Source: Lama guanicoe
Taxonomy: Eukaryota
NCBI GenBank assembly: GCA_013239625.1
Contig: MU054323.1
Coordinates: forward strand, 1,488,001-1,552,000
DNA length: 64,000 nt
Reading direction: 5' to 3'
Below are positions 12,716-24,249 of the stretch, one piece after another. The translations under genes were made by a program, and so were the position numbers. The notes below the pieces were generated by a model. The model was not told the DNA's origin. It ran no database searches and saw only the letters and a program-made list of their open reading frames with translations. The first letter of the stretch is position 1. Every line of letters begins with the position of its first letter.

Positions 12716-13530
12716 TGTGATAGAAGAAGAAATATATATTTGGTCTGGATCCCCTATTCCTGACACAAAAGCTTCTAAGACTCTTGGAATCTCTGGAGTG
12801 ATAACAGTGTCTTTTGTATGTTAATGAGATAACTGGTGGCTGGGGACCCCAAGAGAGCTTCAGGATTTAGGTGGAGGGCGGAGCAGGGGTGCTGATCCTA
12901 GAAAGACCAAGGAAGATTAGAGAGTTGGAACTTTCAGCCCCAACCCCCAGGGAGGGGTGAGGGTCTGGAGATTGAGTCCAATCGCCAGTGGCCAGTGATT
13001 TAATCAACTGTGCCTACATGATGAAGCTGCCATAAAAACCCTTAAGCTACGGGGTTCGGGGAGCTTCCGGGCTGGTGAACACCTCGAGGGGCTGGGAGGG
13101 TGTGCACCTGGAGAGGGCGTGGAAGCTCCGTGCACTCCCACCCCCCATACCTTGCCCTGTGCTTCTCCCCTGTTGCAGGTGTATCCTTTATAACCACTGG
13201 TAATAGTTTTTTAAAAAGTGCCTTCTAAGTTTTGACAGTCATCCTAGCAAATTCTCGACACTGAGGAGGGGGTTGTGGGAACCCTCCAACTTTACAGCAG
13301 GTCTCTCAGAGGTCCAGGGTGGCCACCTGGGACTTGTGAATGGCATCCAAGGTGGGGCGGTCTCGTGGGACTGAGCCCTCACCCTCTGGCACAGTTAGCA
13401 TCAGAATGGGACTGAATTGTGGGACACCCAGTTGGTGTCCAGCAAGTTGGAGAACTGGTTGTTGTGGCAGAAAAAGACAAACCAAGACCAACCCCCGCCC
13501 CACATTTGATGCCGTTAAGTGTTGTGAGTT
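12716..13530 (+). mobile_element. MER21-like ERVL LTR
   Basis: Starts tgtgatagaagaagaaatatatatttggtc...ttggaatctctggagtgataacagtgtcttttgtatgttaatgagat and ends cacatttgatgccgttaagtgttgtgag, resembling MER21. Confidence 0.75.
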
Positions 13531-14627
13531 AAAAAAAAAAAAAAGCAGTTCAGGGCACATGAGGATCAAGCTATTTAGAAAGGCAGGACGTACAGGGAGA
13601 AAGAGGACGCAGCGGGGAGGAGGCAGGGCGCCGGCGGTCTGGGTGGGGCCCACCCGCCTGCTTAGCAAGAGGCAGAATGTCCACAGGAACAGGAACACCA
13701 GTGCCTCCTCTGGAATCTGCTTTGCATTTTGTATTTGCTGGATCTCTTCATCCAGAAACACATACGTACCGTCCCTGCTTTAAAACGGCGCATGGTTTGT
13801 TTTGTTTGAGGCAGGGGCGGGGGTGAGGATTACCTGATTGTTAACCGTGCTCCACTTGGAGACTGTCCTCTAGAGAGTCAGGAGTCAGAACGCCCCGCTG
13901 TGGGTGGCTGTCCTGGATGCGTGTCCAGGGCCAGGCCCTGCCTCCTTCTCCGCACTCTTACCTCCGGGCGGGTCTGAGCCTCCCTACCTCCTCCTCGCGG
14001 GTCCAGTCTCTGTCTCCCACAGCACCCCGGCGGCAATGAGAAGACATCTCTTCATGGCTCTCAAAAATAAGCGGTCATGTTCTATTTTTAGTGGGTTTTA
14101 AATGGTCTGCAGAAGGAGAGTTCCTGTAAAAAGAAGTCTGGACTCTGGAACCTCACCCCGGGAGAGGGCTGTGGGCTGGGGCTGGGGAGCCGCTGGCAGG
14201 AGGTTGGGGCGAACTCGCTCGGGCCCCGCGGGTGGGCGGTGAACCTAGACTGTCCCACCCGGAGGAGTGGAAGTTCACGCAGCACCCACCACCCTGAGCA
14301 GGAGAGGAGTCAGGGCTCCTTCATCCTCGTCCTTGAGGGAGAGCGACTGGAGCCGCAGATGAGGAATCCTAGCTGCTCCCCCATTCCAGGCCCCACAGAC
14401 CCAAAAGCCCAGTGTCACCAGCCTCACACACGGGAGACAGCGAGGGGCCTGTGAGTGAGGACACACGGGGAGACGGACTCCCTGCGCCAGCCCTTGACCT
14501 TGAACGTTGGGCCAGACCTTCGTCCAGGCCCGCAAGCCTGTCCTCCTCCACCCCGGGCAGCCCGGGAGCAGGAAGTCCTGTGATTCCCCCTCTCCCGACA
14601 CCTGAACCTCTGTGTTCTGCTTTGTAG

Positions 14628-14843
14628 TTCTTCCCGTATGGGGACGCCTCCAAGTTTGCCCAGCACGCCTTCCGGACCTTTGACAAGAACGGGGATGGCA
14701 CCATCGACTTCCGAGAGTTCATCTGCGCCCTGTCCATCACCTCCAGGGGCAGCTTTGAGCAGAAGCTGAACTGGGCCTTCAACATGTACGACCTGGACGG
14801 GGATGGCAAGATCACCCGGGTGGAGATGCTGGAGATCATTGAG
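14628..14843 (+). CDS. VSNL1: VSNL1 (VILIP-1) penultimate coding exon, EF-hands 2 and 3
   Basis: Acceptor tttgtag|TTC, donor GAG|gtgagg. 216 nt, phase 0-0. Translates [72 protein letters not shown], a neuronal calcium sensor sequence matching VILIP-1, with EF loops [12 protein letters not shown] and [12 protein letters not shown]. Confidence 0.98.
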
Positions 14844-15299
14844 GTGAGGGGGCCCCAGTCCCACCCAACCCCCACCCCGGGCAGCGGGCGCTCCGTGTGC
14901 TCAGGACCTGGGCTGCGGGCACTGGAGGCAGAGCCCCGGGAAAGAGCTCCCTGGGGATAAGCCTGTGGCAGCTCTTTCTGCCCTGCCAGGAGTCCTGCCA
15001 GGCCTTGAAGTCTCCGTCCCTGTTCCCTGGCTCCAGCTGGGCTCTGGGAAACGTCACAGGTCCGAGCTGCTCGGCCCTGACTGTCAATCAGCGTTTCAAC
15101 CAGCCATGCTCGCGCTGGGAGATCTTCCATAGGCGAGAGCCTCCTGGGTGCAGAGGGTGGTATCAGGACTCAGTTTCTCTGGCACTTGCCTTAGCTCTGC
15201 TCTGTGGATGCTGCCTTCTTCCTCAAACCAGCTGCCCCCGTGGGCACAAGATGCTGCCCGTGGCTCCCAGGTCCCCATCACTCCACGTGAACAGTCATC

Positions 15300-15750
15300 T
15301 TTTCAGGTGCCTGTGCAAACGTCCCAGGCTTCCTCTGCCCACTGCTCTGACCTTAATCTTCCACATCCTCCCTGCACACTGTGCTCAAGACACCTGGGCC
15401 TTCTTGGTTTTCCTGGAACACGCAGCTTTGCTTCAGGGCCTCGACGTCCTCTCTCTCTGCCCAGAACCCCTTCCCGGCCTCCCTCACTTCACTCTGGGCT
15501 GTGTTCTCATCTCACCTCCCAGCAGGCCAGCCTTCCTGCACTGCCCTCCCCACACAGTACCCACCGGTGCAGTCTAACCCCTAACCAACATGTGTTTTTT
15601 TTGTCACAGCATTTATCACGGCCCCAGATAACCTTATATAACACAAGCTCTGTGGGGAGAGGACTCTGTTCGCTCACTGCCATTTCCCTAGCACCTAGAA
15701 GAGACCTGGAAACTGGCAGGCACTCAACTGCTGATGAGTGAATCGATGCC
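15300..15750 (+). mobile_element. L2 LINE 3' fragment
   Basis: ggccttcttggttttcctggaacacg...cagggcct...ctgttcgctcactgccatttccctagcacctagaa...ggcactcaa...gagtgaat, the L2 3' end pattern. Confidence 0.6.
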
Positions 15751-17964
15751 TTTTCACTGGCTGACTGTCTCAGCCTGTGTGCCCACCTCTGCACCAACCA
15801 GTGTGACCCCAGAGGGAAATGCACCACTTGCCACACGCAAGAGCCAAGCATTCCATCCTGAGCTGGGGTGAGGCCCCATCCAGACCACAGGGCTGAGACG
15901 CAGGGAGGGTGGATCCCCAGATGACAACTAGGGGCTGATGGCAAGAAACAGGAGCCAAAACCCAAGTGGCCCAGTCCCCCAGGTGCCCCTCAAGCTACGC
16001 TCACTCTCCTCCCCTGGGGCAGCTCCCGGCTCCGTGCTGCGCCTCTGGAGCCCTGCCTGCCCATCATCTCTCAGTATCTTTAGTTCCTTCTCTCCATCTG
16101 GTACCCACTTGCCTTCCTAAGTAAACTGGGAGACGCAACAGCAGCAAGGGGAGCTTTAAGAGTCAGACACGGTGTGCTGCTTCCTGGCTGTGGGGGTTTG
16201 TGCACCAAAGCCTCAATGTCTTTGTGAAAAAATAAAGCAAATAAAACCTATCCTCCAAGCCCGTGGTCAGGGTTAAGTGAGATGGTCTGCAGAGCACCCG
16301 GCACACTTCCTGTCACGTAGGAAATGCTCAGTAAATGGCAGTTATCGCTCAGGCTCTGTCTCCCTTGGAACTATCATCCACCTCAGCTCCCAGCTTCTTT
16401 CCTTCTCTCCAGCCGCGTCCCCCATCCTGCTCCCTCTGCGTGTGGCTCCCCATGTCCACCTCCAGTGATTTCACCAGCTCCTGGCCCTTGGCACCTGGGC
16501 CCTGGCACACTTTCCTGCCTCCAGGTTCCGCTTTGCTGAGCCACCTTTTCAGGACCAGCAGGTCAATGACTGATGCAGTCTTCACAGCATCCCTGTGCTT
16601 CAGGAGCTGCTCGTCCACGTGATCCGAAGTCTGCAGAGCAGTTCCTCCGTGCACAGGCACACAGCTCTCTGACAGCTGGTCCAGCCGACACCCGTTTGCT
16701 TGTGTGTCTCCTCTGCTCCAGCCTCACCGTCCATCCCAGGCCCCTCACCCTTGCACATGCACTTCTGGCCACTTTTGCTCCCACCATGCTTTTCACCTGG
16801 ATGTCTTTCAGGGCTCTAGGCCCATCCGAGTCCTTTTTTCCCCTTCGAGGTCTAGGTTATCTCACCGCGTCCAAGAAGCCGTCTTGGCCTGCTTCACCGC
16901 AGGGTTCTCCACCACCCTCCACCCTCTGGGCTCCTGTAGCCTGCAGTCAGCCTCTCTGTTGGTGCCAGCCTCCCGGCAAAGCGGTGGAGACAGATGCGAA
17001 AAGACACATGTGCCCACCCTGGAGGAGCTGGCTGACCCGAGGGCCTGTGTCCACACGAGAGAACAGGCAGTGACAGCAGAGCAAGGCAGGTGCCTTGATG
17101 AGGGAGGGCCAGTGGCTGGAGGGGACACCAGGGGCCACGCGCCCCAGGGAAGCACAGGGCATCTGCCCCGCAGTGTTGTACACAGGCCTAATGGGTCCTT
17201 AGTTTTTGGTTGAATAACGAGAATACCTGAGATAGTCATTTCTTCCTAGGAAAGCACACGCGAGACATATCCCATCTTCAGAGAAGACAGTGATAAACAT
17301 TGTGATGCACGCCAGGGGCCGACAGGGTTTCTTTAAGATCCGTCAGGGAGCAGGTTCATATTTAGTCCTGAGTCTGACGTGCTCTTGACCTGCGCTGATG
17401 TTCGATGGAAGAGTCTGCATCTGGAACGTCCTTTCTTGGTTGTCATGTTTATGGTGCAGATTGCAGGGCTGCGTTTCAGATGCGGTTAAGGATTCCCAGC
17501 CGTGTTCAGAGCTATTAGATGAGGTCCAGGGTGGACTCTCTGTGTTTGCTTTTCTTTTTGCCATGACCATCAACAGTGCATTTGTCTTGCTGGCGGCCTT
17601 CCTACCTATCGCCTCCTTTAAGCCCTTTTCATTTCACCCTTCAAAGGATGGAGTGAAAGTGGCAGCTTACTTGCGGCTGACCCGTCTGTCTTGTTTTTAA
17701 AGTCCAGGCATCTCTTCTTTTCCCTCATACACTGCTCAGGATTCTAGGCTAATCCAGACCCCTTCTACCAACTGTCCATCAAATGAAATGTCAACAGTTT
17801 GCTTCTTTTAAAGTCAGATGTCAAAGATTTTCTTTTTCACTCTGAATCAACACAATCTATTTACAAAAGTGAGCAAACAAAAAATATTTTATCTCAGTAG
17901 ACATTTTACTTGTTAAAGGAAACACTTGTTAGTGGTGTATCCTCTCTAATTGGTATTCTTCAAA

Positions 17965-18460
17965 ACTTTATTGAGTTATAATTAACAGACCATAAATTCA
18001 CGTATTTTAGCTATGCAATTCAAAGATTTTTATAAACTTGCCAAAGTTTGCAACCATCATCATAATCTTATTCTGGAACAGTTTAATTCTCCCAGTAAGA
18101 TCCCTCATGCCCATTTGTACCCCCAGACACAGGTACCTTCCCTTCTACTTTGCCTCTATGGATTTGTCTTTCTGGACATTTCATGTAAATGGAATCATAC
18201 ACTGTGTATGTACAGCCTTTTATATCTGGCTTTTGGGGGTAGGGTTTAGCTGTGTTGTAGCACTTATCATTCCTTTTTGCTGCTAAAATCATATTCAGTT
18301 GTACAGAAATGTCATATTTTATCTGTTTACCAGTTGCTAGGCAATTGTGCTGTTACCACTTTTTGGCTATTATTAATAATGCTGCTATGTAAGGTATGTA
18401 ATAATGTTCACCTGTAAGTCTTTGCTTAGATGGGCATTTAATTTTTTAAGGCATTTTCCT
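17965..18460 (-). mobile_element. L1 3'-end fragment (L1MB-like)
   Basis: ctttattgagttataatt...gcaaccatcatc...ttctggacatttcatgtaaatggaatcatac...ttttggctattattaataatgctgctatg. Confidence 0.75.
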
Positions 18461-19013
18461 AAGAAAGAGACTTGTTTCTACCTTTCATTCCCATATTGAG
18501 AACTAATTGTGCACACTTAACTGAACTGGACAATGGAATCTTCCAACTCTGTTCTTTAGCTTATGAACAGAGTCCTTGATTCACAGCCCTCCCTACGCTG
18601 CCCTCTTTCAGGGCTAAACTTTACTGGTCCACCTTGTTTGCTTTCTTAACAGATTGTAGATTCCTTGAGTGGGGCCCACAGTTCATCCTCCCTAAATCTC
18701 TAAGGAGTTATGCTTACTGACCATCGTCTGCACCTCAAACTCAGAAGGTTTGAGCTGAACTCATCATTTTCCTCCCTGCACCTGCTCCTATTTCATTTTT
18801 CTCAATCTCACCACTATTCTTTCTACTCACTTTCCCCAGCCAGGAACCTGGGAGTCACACAAAATTCTTCTCTATCCCATTGGTCATGAGATTCACATGG
18901 ATTTGGTGACATCACTCTCTTATTTAAAACCATTTAAGGAGTCCTTTGAAGGAAATTTAAATTCTGTGACCTATTGTGGGAGGACTTTATGGCCTGTTTC
19001 TTGTTTTCCTAAG

Positions 19014-19211
19014 GCAATCTACAAAATGGTGGGCACGGTGATCATGATGAAAATGAATGAGGATGGCCTCACGCCCGAGCAGCGAGTAGACAAGATTTTC
19101 AGCAAGATGGATAAGAACAAAGATGACCAGATTACACTGGATGAATTCAAAGAAGCTGCGAAGAGCGACCCTTCCATCGTATTACTTCTGCAGTGCGACA
19201 TTCAGAAATGA
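19014..19211 (+). CDS. VSNL1: VSNL1 last coding exon, EF-hand 4 and C-terminus
   Basis: Acceptor ttgttttcctaag|GCA. Translates [65 protein letters not shown] (65 aa + TGA), the VILIP-1 C-terminus. 72+65 aa leaves 54 aa for the upstream exon of the 191-aa protein, which is outside the window. Confidence 0.98.
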   Translation, partial: AIYKMVGTVIMMKMNEDGLTPEQRVDKIFSKMDKNKDDQITLDEFKEAAKSDPSIVLLLQCDIQK

Positions 19212-19274
19212 GCGGAGGTCATCACGACGGACTGCACAGAAATCCCAATGTTCCATTCAGTCTGCAGCTATTAT

Positions 19275-19300
19275 ACACACACACACACACACACACACAC
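19275..19300 (+). repeat. (AC)13 microsatellite in the VSNL1 3'UTR
   Basis: Direct observation, starting 64 nt after the stop. Confidence 0.92.
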
Positions 19301-20258
19301 AAATATTGCTTGGACTACCTATAAATGGACTTGCTTCTTGTGTTTGAAACACTTGTGTGCATGAGAATGTCATTTGCTAATGAATTTTAAAAGCATATAT
19401 TACAAAACAAACAACCTGCCACAATGTGATATGTGTAATATCATTTCATTAAAAAAAAAAGAAAAGAAAAAAGAGTTCTCCTCCTCCAAAGCCTGGGCAG
19501 AAATGTGCTGCAAAGAGTTATATGATTTCTTGTTCATGTTCTGCTAATGCTCGCGTCTCCTTGATTACATAATGTTAGTAGTACTGAGACCCCCACGGTA
19601 ATGTAACCTAATTATAAGCTGTGTCACCATTCTCCTGTAAAATAGTACTGGACAGACACGCGGAGGGGCCCTTGGCCTCTCTGTGCGGTCCACACACACA
19701 AGAGCTTGTGTTATCAGTGAATATAAATGTACGACATTTGCATGCCTTTTAGGTTTGCCTTAATTCTTACCTCATTTGCATCCTACCGATCTGGAAAGAG
19801 CTATGTTGGAATTAATGCAGCATAAAACTTAAAACCCCTGCTAAATGACTCATTAATTAAGTATATCTATCTATATATACATATACACAAAGATATTATT
19901 TATTGAAAGTAAAAAAGATGGATGTGTATTGATTTCTGCTTGAATTTTCAAAGACTTCCAAAGAGGTGGCAATCGATGTCCCAAATAAATTGATAACATT
20001 TGACTTTTTCCCTCAGTTATTTCCTAATTTTAAATTTGAAATAGGTGTTCAGAATCATCAAGGGTCAGGAGCAACAACTTACTAAATCTGCCTTTAAACA
20101 CGCAGCGTGGGACTTCGAAGAACTGATGACAACCAAAGGGCAAAAACGACTTCCCGATGCTTCCTCCTGGCCTTCAGAAGACAGACAATTAATGCAGCAT
20201 GTAGAAGTTAAACGAAACATAAAACGTGCTCGTTCTCAAAACACACTCACCGTATGGC

Positions 20259-20264
20259 AATAAA
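20259..20264 (+). terminator. Probable VSNL1 polyadenylation signal AATAAA
   Basis: AATAAA ~1.05 kb after the stop, followed by tgttatctcagtgtgaccgtggtg. An alternative AATAAA lies at 19984. Confidence 0.6.
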
Positions 20265-21889
20265 TGTTATCTCAGTGTGACCGTGGTGCTAAGCACACGT
20301 TTCGTCCTGCACGACCACGTGGAGGACACAGGCTGAGATGCATTCTCAGAAGGAGCCGGGAGGAAAGCAGACCCCCGTTTCTCCTGATCAAAAGTTGTTT
20401 TAACAATGGAACAGAATTCTGAGCCTTTCAAGCTTGACGAAGGAAGGCAGAGAGCTTCCATCAAGAACCCTGGAGGGGGGTCTGCATTTTCAGAACGAGT
20501 CCGGAGGAGCAGGCTTACTTTCTGCAGCTCTGTCCAGCACAACTTTCCGTTATGATGGAAACGTCTGTGCCTGCACTGGCTACGTGAGGCTGTTGAGCGC
20601 CTCAGGCTTAGCTGGTGCGACTGACAACTGCATTTTTCATTTTATGTTAGTTAATTTAAATTTAATTTGCCATATGTAGAAGGCAGCTACAGTATCAGAC
20701 AGTTCATTGCTAAGTTACTCGCTTTTCATGGAGCACCTTTTTTTTTTTTTCCTAAATGCTCTTCCTTTTTCTGTCTTAGGATCATTACATGGGACCAGAG
20801 ACCAGGGCTGATGACTCCATTCACCCATTCAACAGGAAACCGGGAGCAAGCAAAGCTCCCCACGAGCACTCAGGACACAGACGGTACCTGAAACCCTCCC
20901 TAGCAGACTTTGCCCACAGAGAGAACGGTCTCGAGTGCCCTTAATCCCTGTGCTTGGTGAGTCCGAGGTGGAGGCAGGGAGAGACGGGACGTTCAGTGCC
21001 TCTGATAACTCTCTCCTCTGACGAAGTGAGGGTGGGGTGAGGGGAGGAGCTGGGGAGCCTCCTTAGAAAGGCACTCAGTTAAGTCCAGCCATGGGCAGTG
21101 CATGATCCTCACTGATCACCTACCTACTGTGCACCCAGCACCATTCCCAGTGGGGAGACGGACAATAGCTGAACACACACACACACAAATGTGAGAACCA
21201 TGAAGCAAAGCACAGCAAGTGAAGAGGGGTGGAGAGGGATGGGGCGCAGCAGGGGCTACTTGCTCCGGGCTGGTTGGGAGACACTGATGTAAGACCTGAG
21301 GGAAGGGAGTGAGCCACGTGCGTATTTGGGGCCCTTCTGAGAAACAAACCCTCCAGCAGACTCACTGGTAAATAAGTACATACAACGGAGAAGTGGGACA
21401 CAAGTGAACATCTTGTTGTTTGCTTGTTTTGGTCCTCACTGCTTGCTGGTGTAGCCCGGGGCAGGCCCCGAGAGCAGTCCAGCAGTGCTGGTGAGAATAG
21501 TGCACAGCTGCCCTCTGACTCCGGGGTGTGTTACCCAGGAAGCTCTCAGAGGGCTGAAGGGGACCTGTCCCAGGATGTCCATGACAACTCTGTTTCTGGT
21601 GTGGCAACTGGAGGCCACCTAGTGGTCCATTACTAGAGGGCCAGGTAGGTAAGAGGTGGTGGACGCATCCTAAGGCAGACCGCGCGTCCACTGGGAGCAA
21701 CAGACCAGTGTACACGCAGCAACATGCATGTGTTTTTAAAATGCTGAAAGGGGGGAAAAAGAAAATTTACTGCACAATCTATAACATATATAAATGAACA
21801 ATACATTCTCTCACAGGAGAACACCAAAAGCACATAAAAGGAAATATTACAAGAGAATTGCGGCCCGGGGGTGAGTGGCAGTGGCACTG

Positions 21890-24249
21890 CTTGAGTTACT
21901 ACTGCACCACGACGTCCCATCCCTAAATGCAGTGGCTTTCCCCTGGCTTCTGTGGGTCAGGGACTTGAGGAGGGTTCACCTGGATGATTCTGGCCTGGGG
22001 TCTCTCAGACAGCTGCAGTCGTGTGGTCGCTGAGCTGAACAGGTCCCGGGAGCAGCTGGGAGCTGACAGGGCATCGCTCTCCTTCCAGCCTCAGGGCTTC
22101 TTCACTTGGGCTGGTTTGCGCTCCTCCCAGCACGGCGGCTTCGGAGCAGGCATGCTGCTCACGTGGGGGTTCAGGCCTCCAGCACAAGTACTCCTGCAAA
22201 GAGGCTGGAAGTTTCATAGTGCTTTCTGACCTAGCCCCAGGTCATGAAGTAGCACTTGCACAAACCTATCCAGTCAAGAAGGGAATTAGACTCTGTCTTG
22301 ATAGGAAGGGCAACATGTGACAGGGGAGATGTGGTTGCCACCATCTTTGGAAAGCAGTCAGTCACAGTTCACCTTGTAGCCACAATTCTCATCTCTTCCA
22401 CATACAGAACGTGTCCACTCCCCCCCCAGGCAACCACAAAGTTCTCATAACACTGTGACTTTGGGGTCAGGCTTGAGGCCCCAACCCTTATCATCGAAAG
22501 GCTCCTCAGATGTGGTTCGTTAGCCCATCGAGGACCATTCTTTTTGATCCAAAGGCCCGTGAATCCAGTGGCTAATTACTGGCCCTCTCCCCGGCCCGTA
22601 CGCAACGCGGAGTGTTGGAACAGGCAAAGCACGACTGCAGTAGGGACGCTTTCAAAAACGGTGCCATGGAAAGCGCACGGCCGTCTGGCCCACAGCAAGT
22701 CTGAAACCACCCGGGACGTCTTGCGTTTCTGGGTTAGTCAGGGCCCAGGCCTGCCCTGTGCGGGCTGTTCTCCATGGCTTGTGGCTCTGCCTTTTGTGTT
22801 CTTGCTTCTACCCTCTGAGCTGGCCTTCCTTTTCCATAAAAAATGTAGTCTGTGTTTGTACTCGAGTAGTTTTCTCTGCCTACTGCGGCCCATGAAAGTC
22901 TAGAAGTACAAAGCCTTTTCATTTTGTACAATCTCTTTCAGTCTAAGTTGATACAAGTCTTGAAAAAATCTTATGGGTTTTTAATGTATCAATTTATAAA
23001 ATCCACTCAATTAGACAGGGCTCCTTGTGTGACTGCTAAGGAACACACTCCGAAGTCTTGGAAGCCTGTTGTTCAATGGAGAGGACCAGAAAGTCAGGCC
23101 CCTGGAAAAGGGCCTGAAAAGGTCGAAAAGCACTGCTTCAGAGCTCTCTGAGGTCCTAACTAAGGATCCTTGTGGTTCTACCCTGGATTTAAATTTGCAC
23201 TGAAGCCACTCCCTACTTTAAAAACCAGTTGTCATCTGAAACAGCGTGGGAATAAACAAACAGCCCTGGCTCCTTTATACGTAACCAGTTCCTCTCTCCC
23301 CTCACATTTTGTCACAGGCAGCAAGAAGCCATGGGGCACTTGTCACGTTCTACCCAGACATCTCTTCAGCTAGATCACCAGTTTATTAGGTGCATTTCCT
23401 GCTTTCCAGGTTACCACGGCATCAGCAGGGCCAACTTTCCACCACTACATAACAAGGGTCCTCTGTGCTCTTTCTTCTTTGCAATAGCATTTTCCTTACT
23501 TTCTTTTAGTCGTCACCATATCAAGCATCCTTGAGACCCTGTAAGTGTCTGCTCACGCTCTCTGCAAGGCCCTGTAGGCTTCCACTAGCATCTTCAAGGC
23601 CCTTTGGATGCACGTGTTTGTGAACCTAGCCCTCAAGTTCCTTCCAGCCAGCGCCATGTGGCTTAGATTTATTTTTTAATTGGGTACTCCTTTCAGATAC
23701 CAAAATCTGATTGTTACTAATGCTATGTGGCAGATCATCCCAAAACTCAATGGCTTGAAATGACAGTTTACTGTATTATCTCTCATGGTTGTTTGGGCCA
23801 ATTTCAGGAGGGACTCCACTGGGCAGTGGGAGGTCCCCCTGGCTGGGGAGGTCTCATGCGGTTGTAGTGAGATGAGGGCACTTCGGGGGTGGTGGGAGCA
23901 GCTGGGGGTGGCTGGGCATCTCTCTTCATGTGGTCCCCAAGCTTCTCTACATGGTTTCCCCACACAGGCTAGTTTAGTTTAGGCTTCCTCACTGTGTAGC
24001 GGCCTCAGGGAAATCTGGCTGCTTCCAAAACAGGACAGTGATGCAGTGTGAATGTTCTAGAGAACTTTTCTTTTCATTGCTTTTTCTGACTTAGCCTCAG
24101 AAGTTACTGGGTCATTTCTATTGCACTCTATTGGTTGTAAGTGAGATACAAATCTGTTTAGGAAGGGAATCGGACTCTGCAAGGCAAGGTTTTGGAAGAA
24201 CATGGAAGAGATCTGTTGTGGTCATCTTCAGAAAATACCATCTGCCATA
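21890..24249 (-). mobile_element. MLT1-type MaLR provirus relic: LTR (~21890-22366), internal region, LTR (~23708-24249)
   Basis: Two diverged direct repeats ending ccatctttggaaagcagtcagtcaca and gtcatcttcagaaaataccatctgccata (reverse complement of the MLT1 LTR start). The internal segment ends gtactcctttcagataccaaaatc, typical of an MLT1 internal/LTR junction. Confidence 0.7.

Larger units (their letters stand above)
19212..20285 (+). other. VSNL1: VSNL1 3'UTR (3' end approximate)
   Basis: AU-rich sequence after the stop, free of obvious transposon relics. AATAAA at 19984-19989 and 20259-20264, the latter followed by GT-rich sequence. Confidence 0.7.

Noticed and set aside
14369..15130. 253-aa minus-strand ORF overlapping the VSNL1 exon
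   Set aside because: Antisense shadow of a very high-GC3 exon in GC-rich flanks. It has no recognisable domain of its own.
14897..17239. Cluster of 100-226 aa overlapping ORFs in the last VSNL1 intron
   Set aside because: Expected in GC-rich intron. They overlap L2 and MIR relics, occur in all frames and show no family similarity.
18897..19013. N-terminal extension of the ORF-track 104-aa ORF ([10 protein letters not shown]...)
   Set aside because: Intronic sequence upstream of the acceptor at 19013/19014. The VILIP-1 match begins only at AIYKM.
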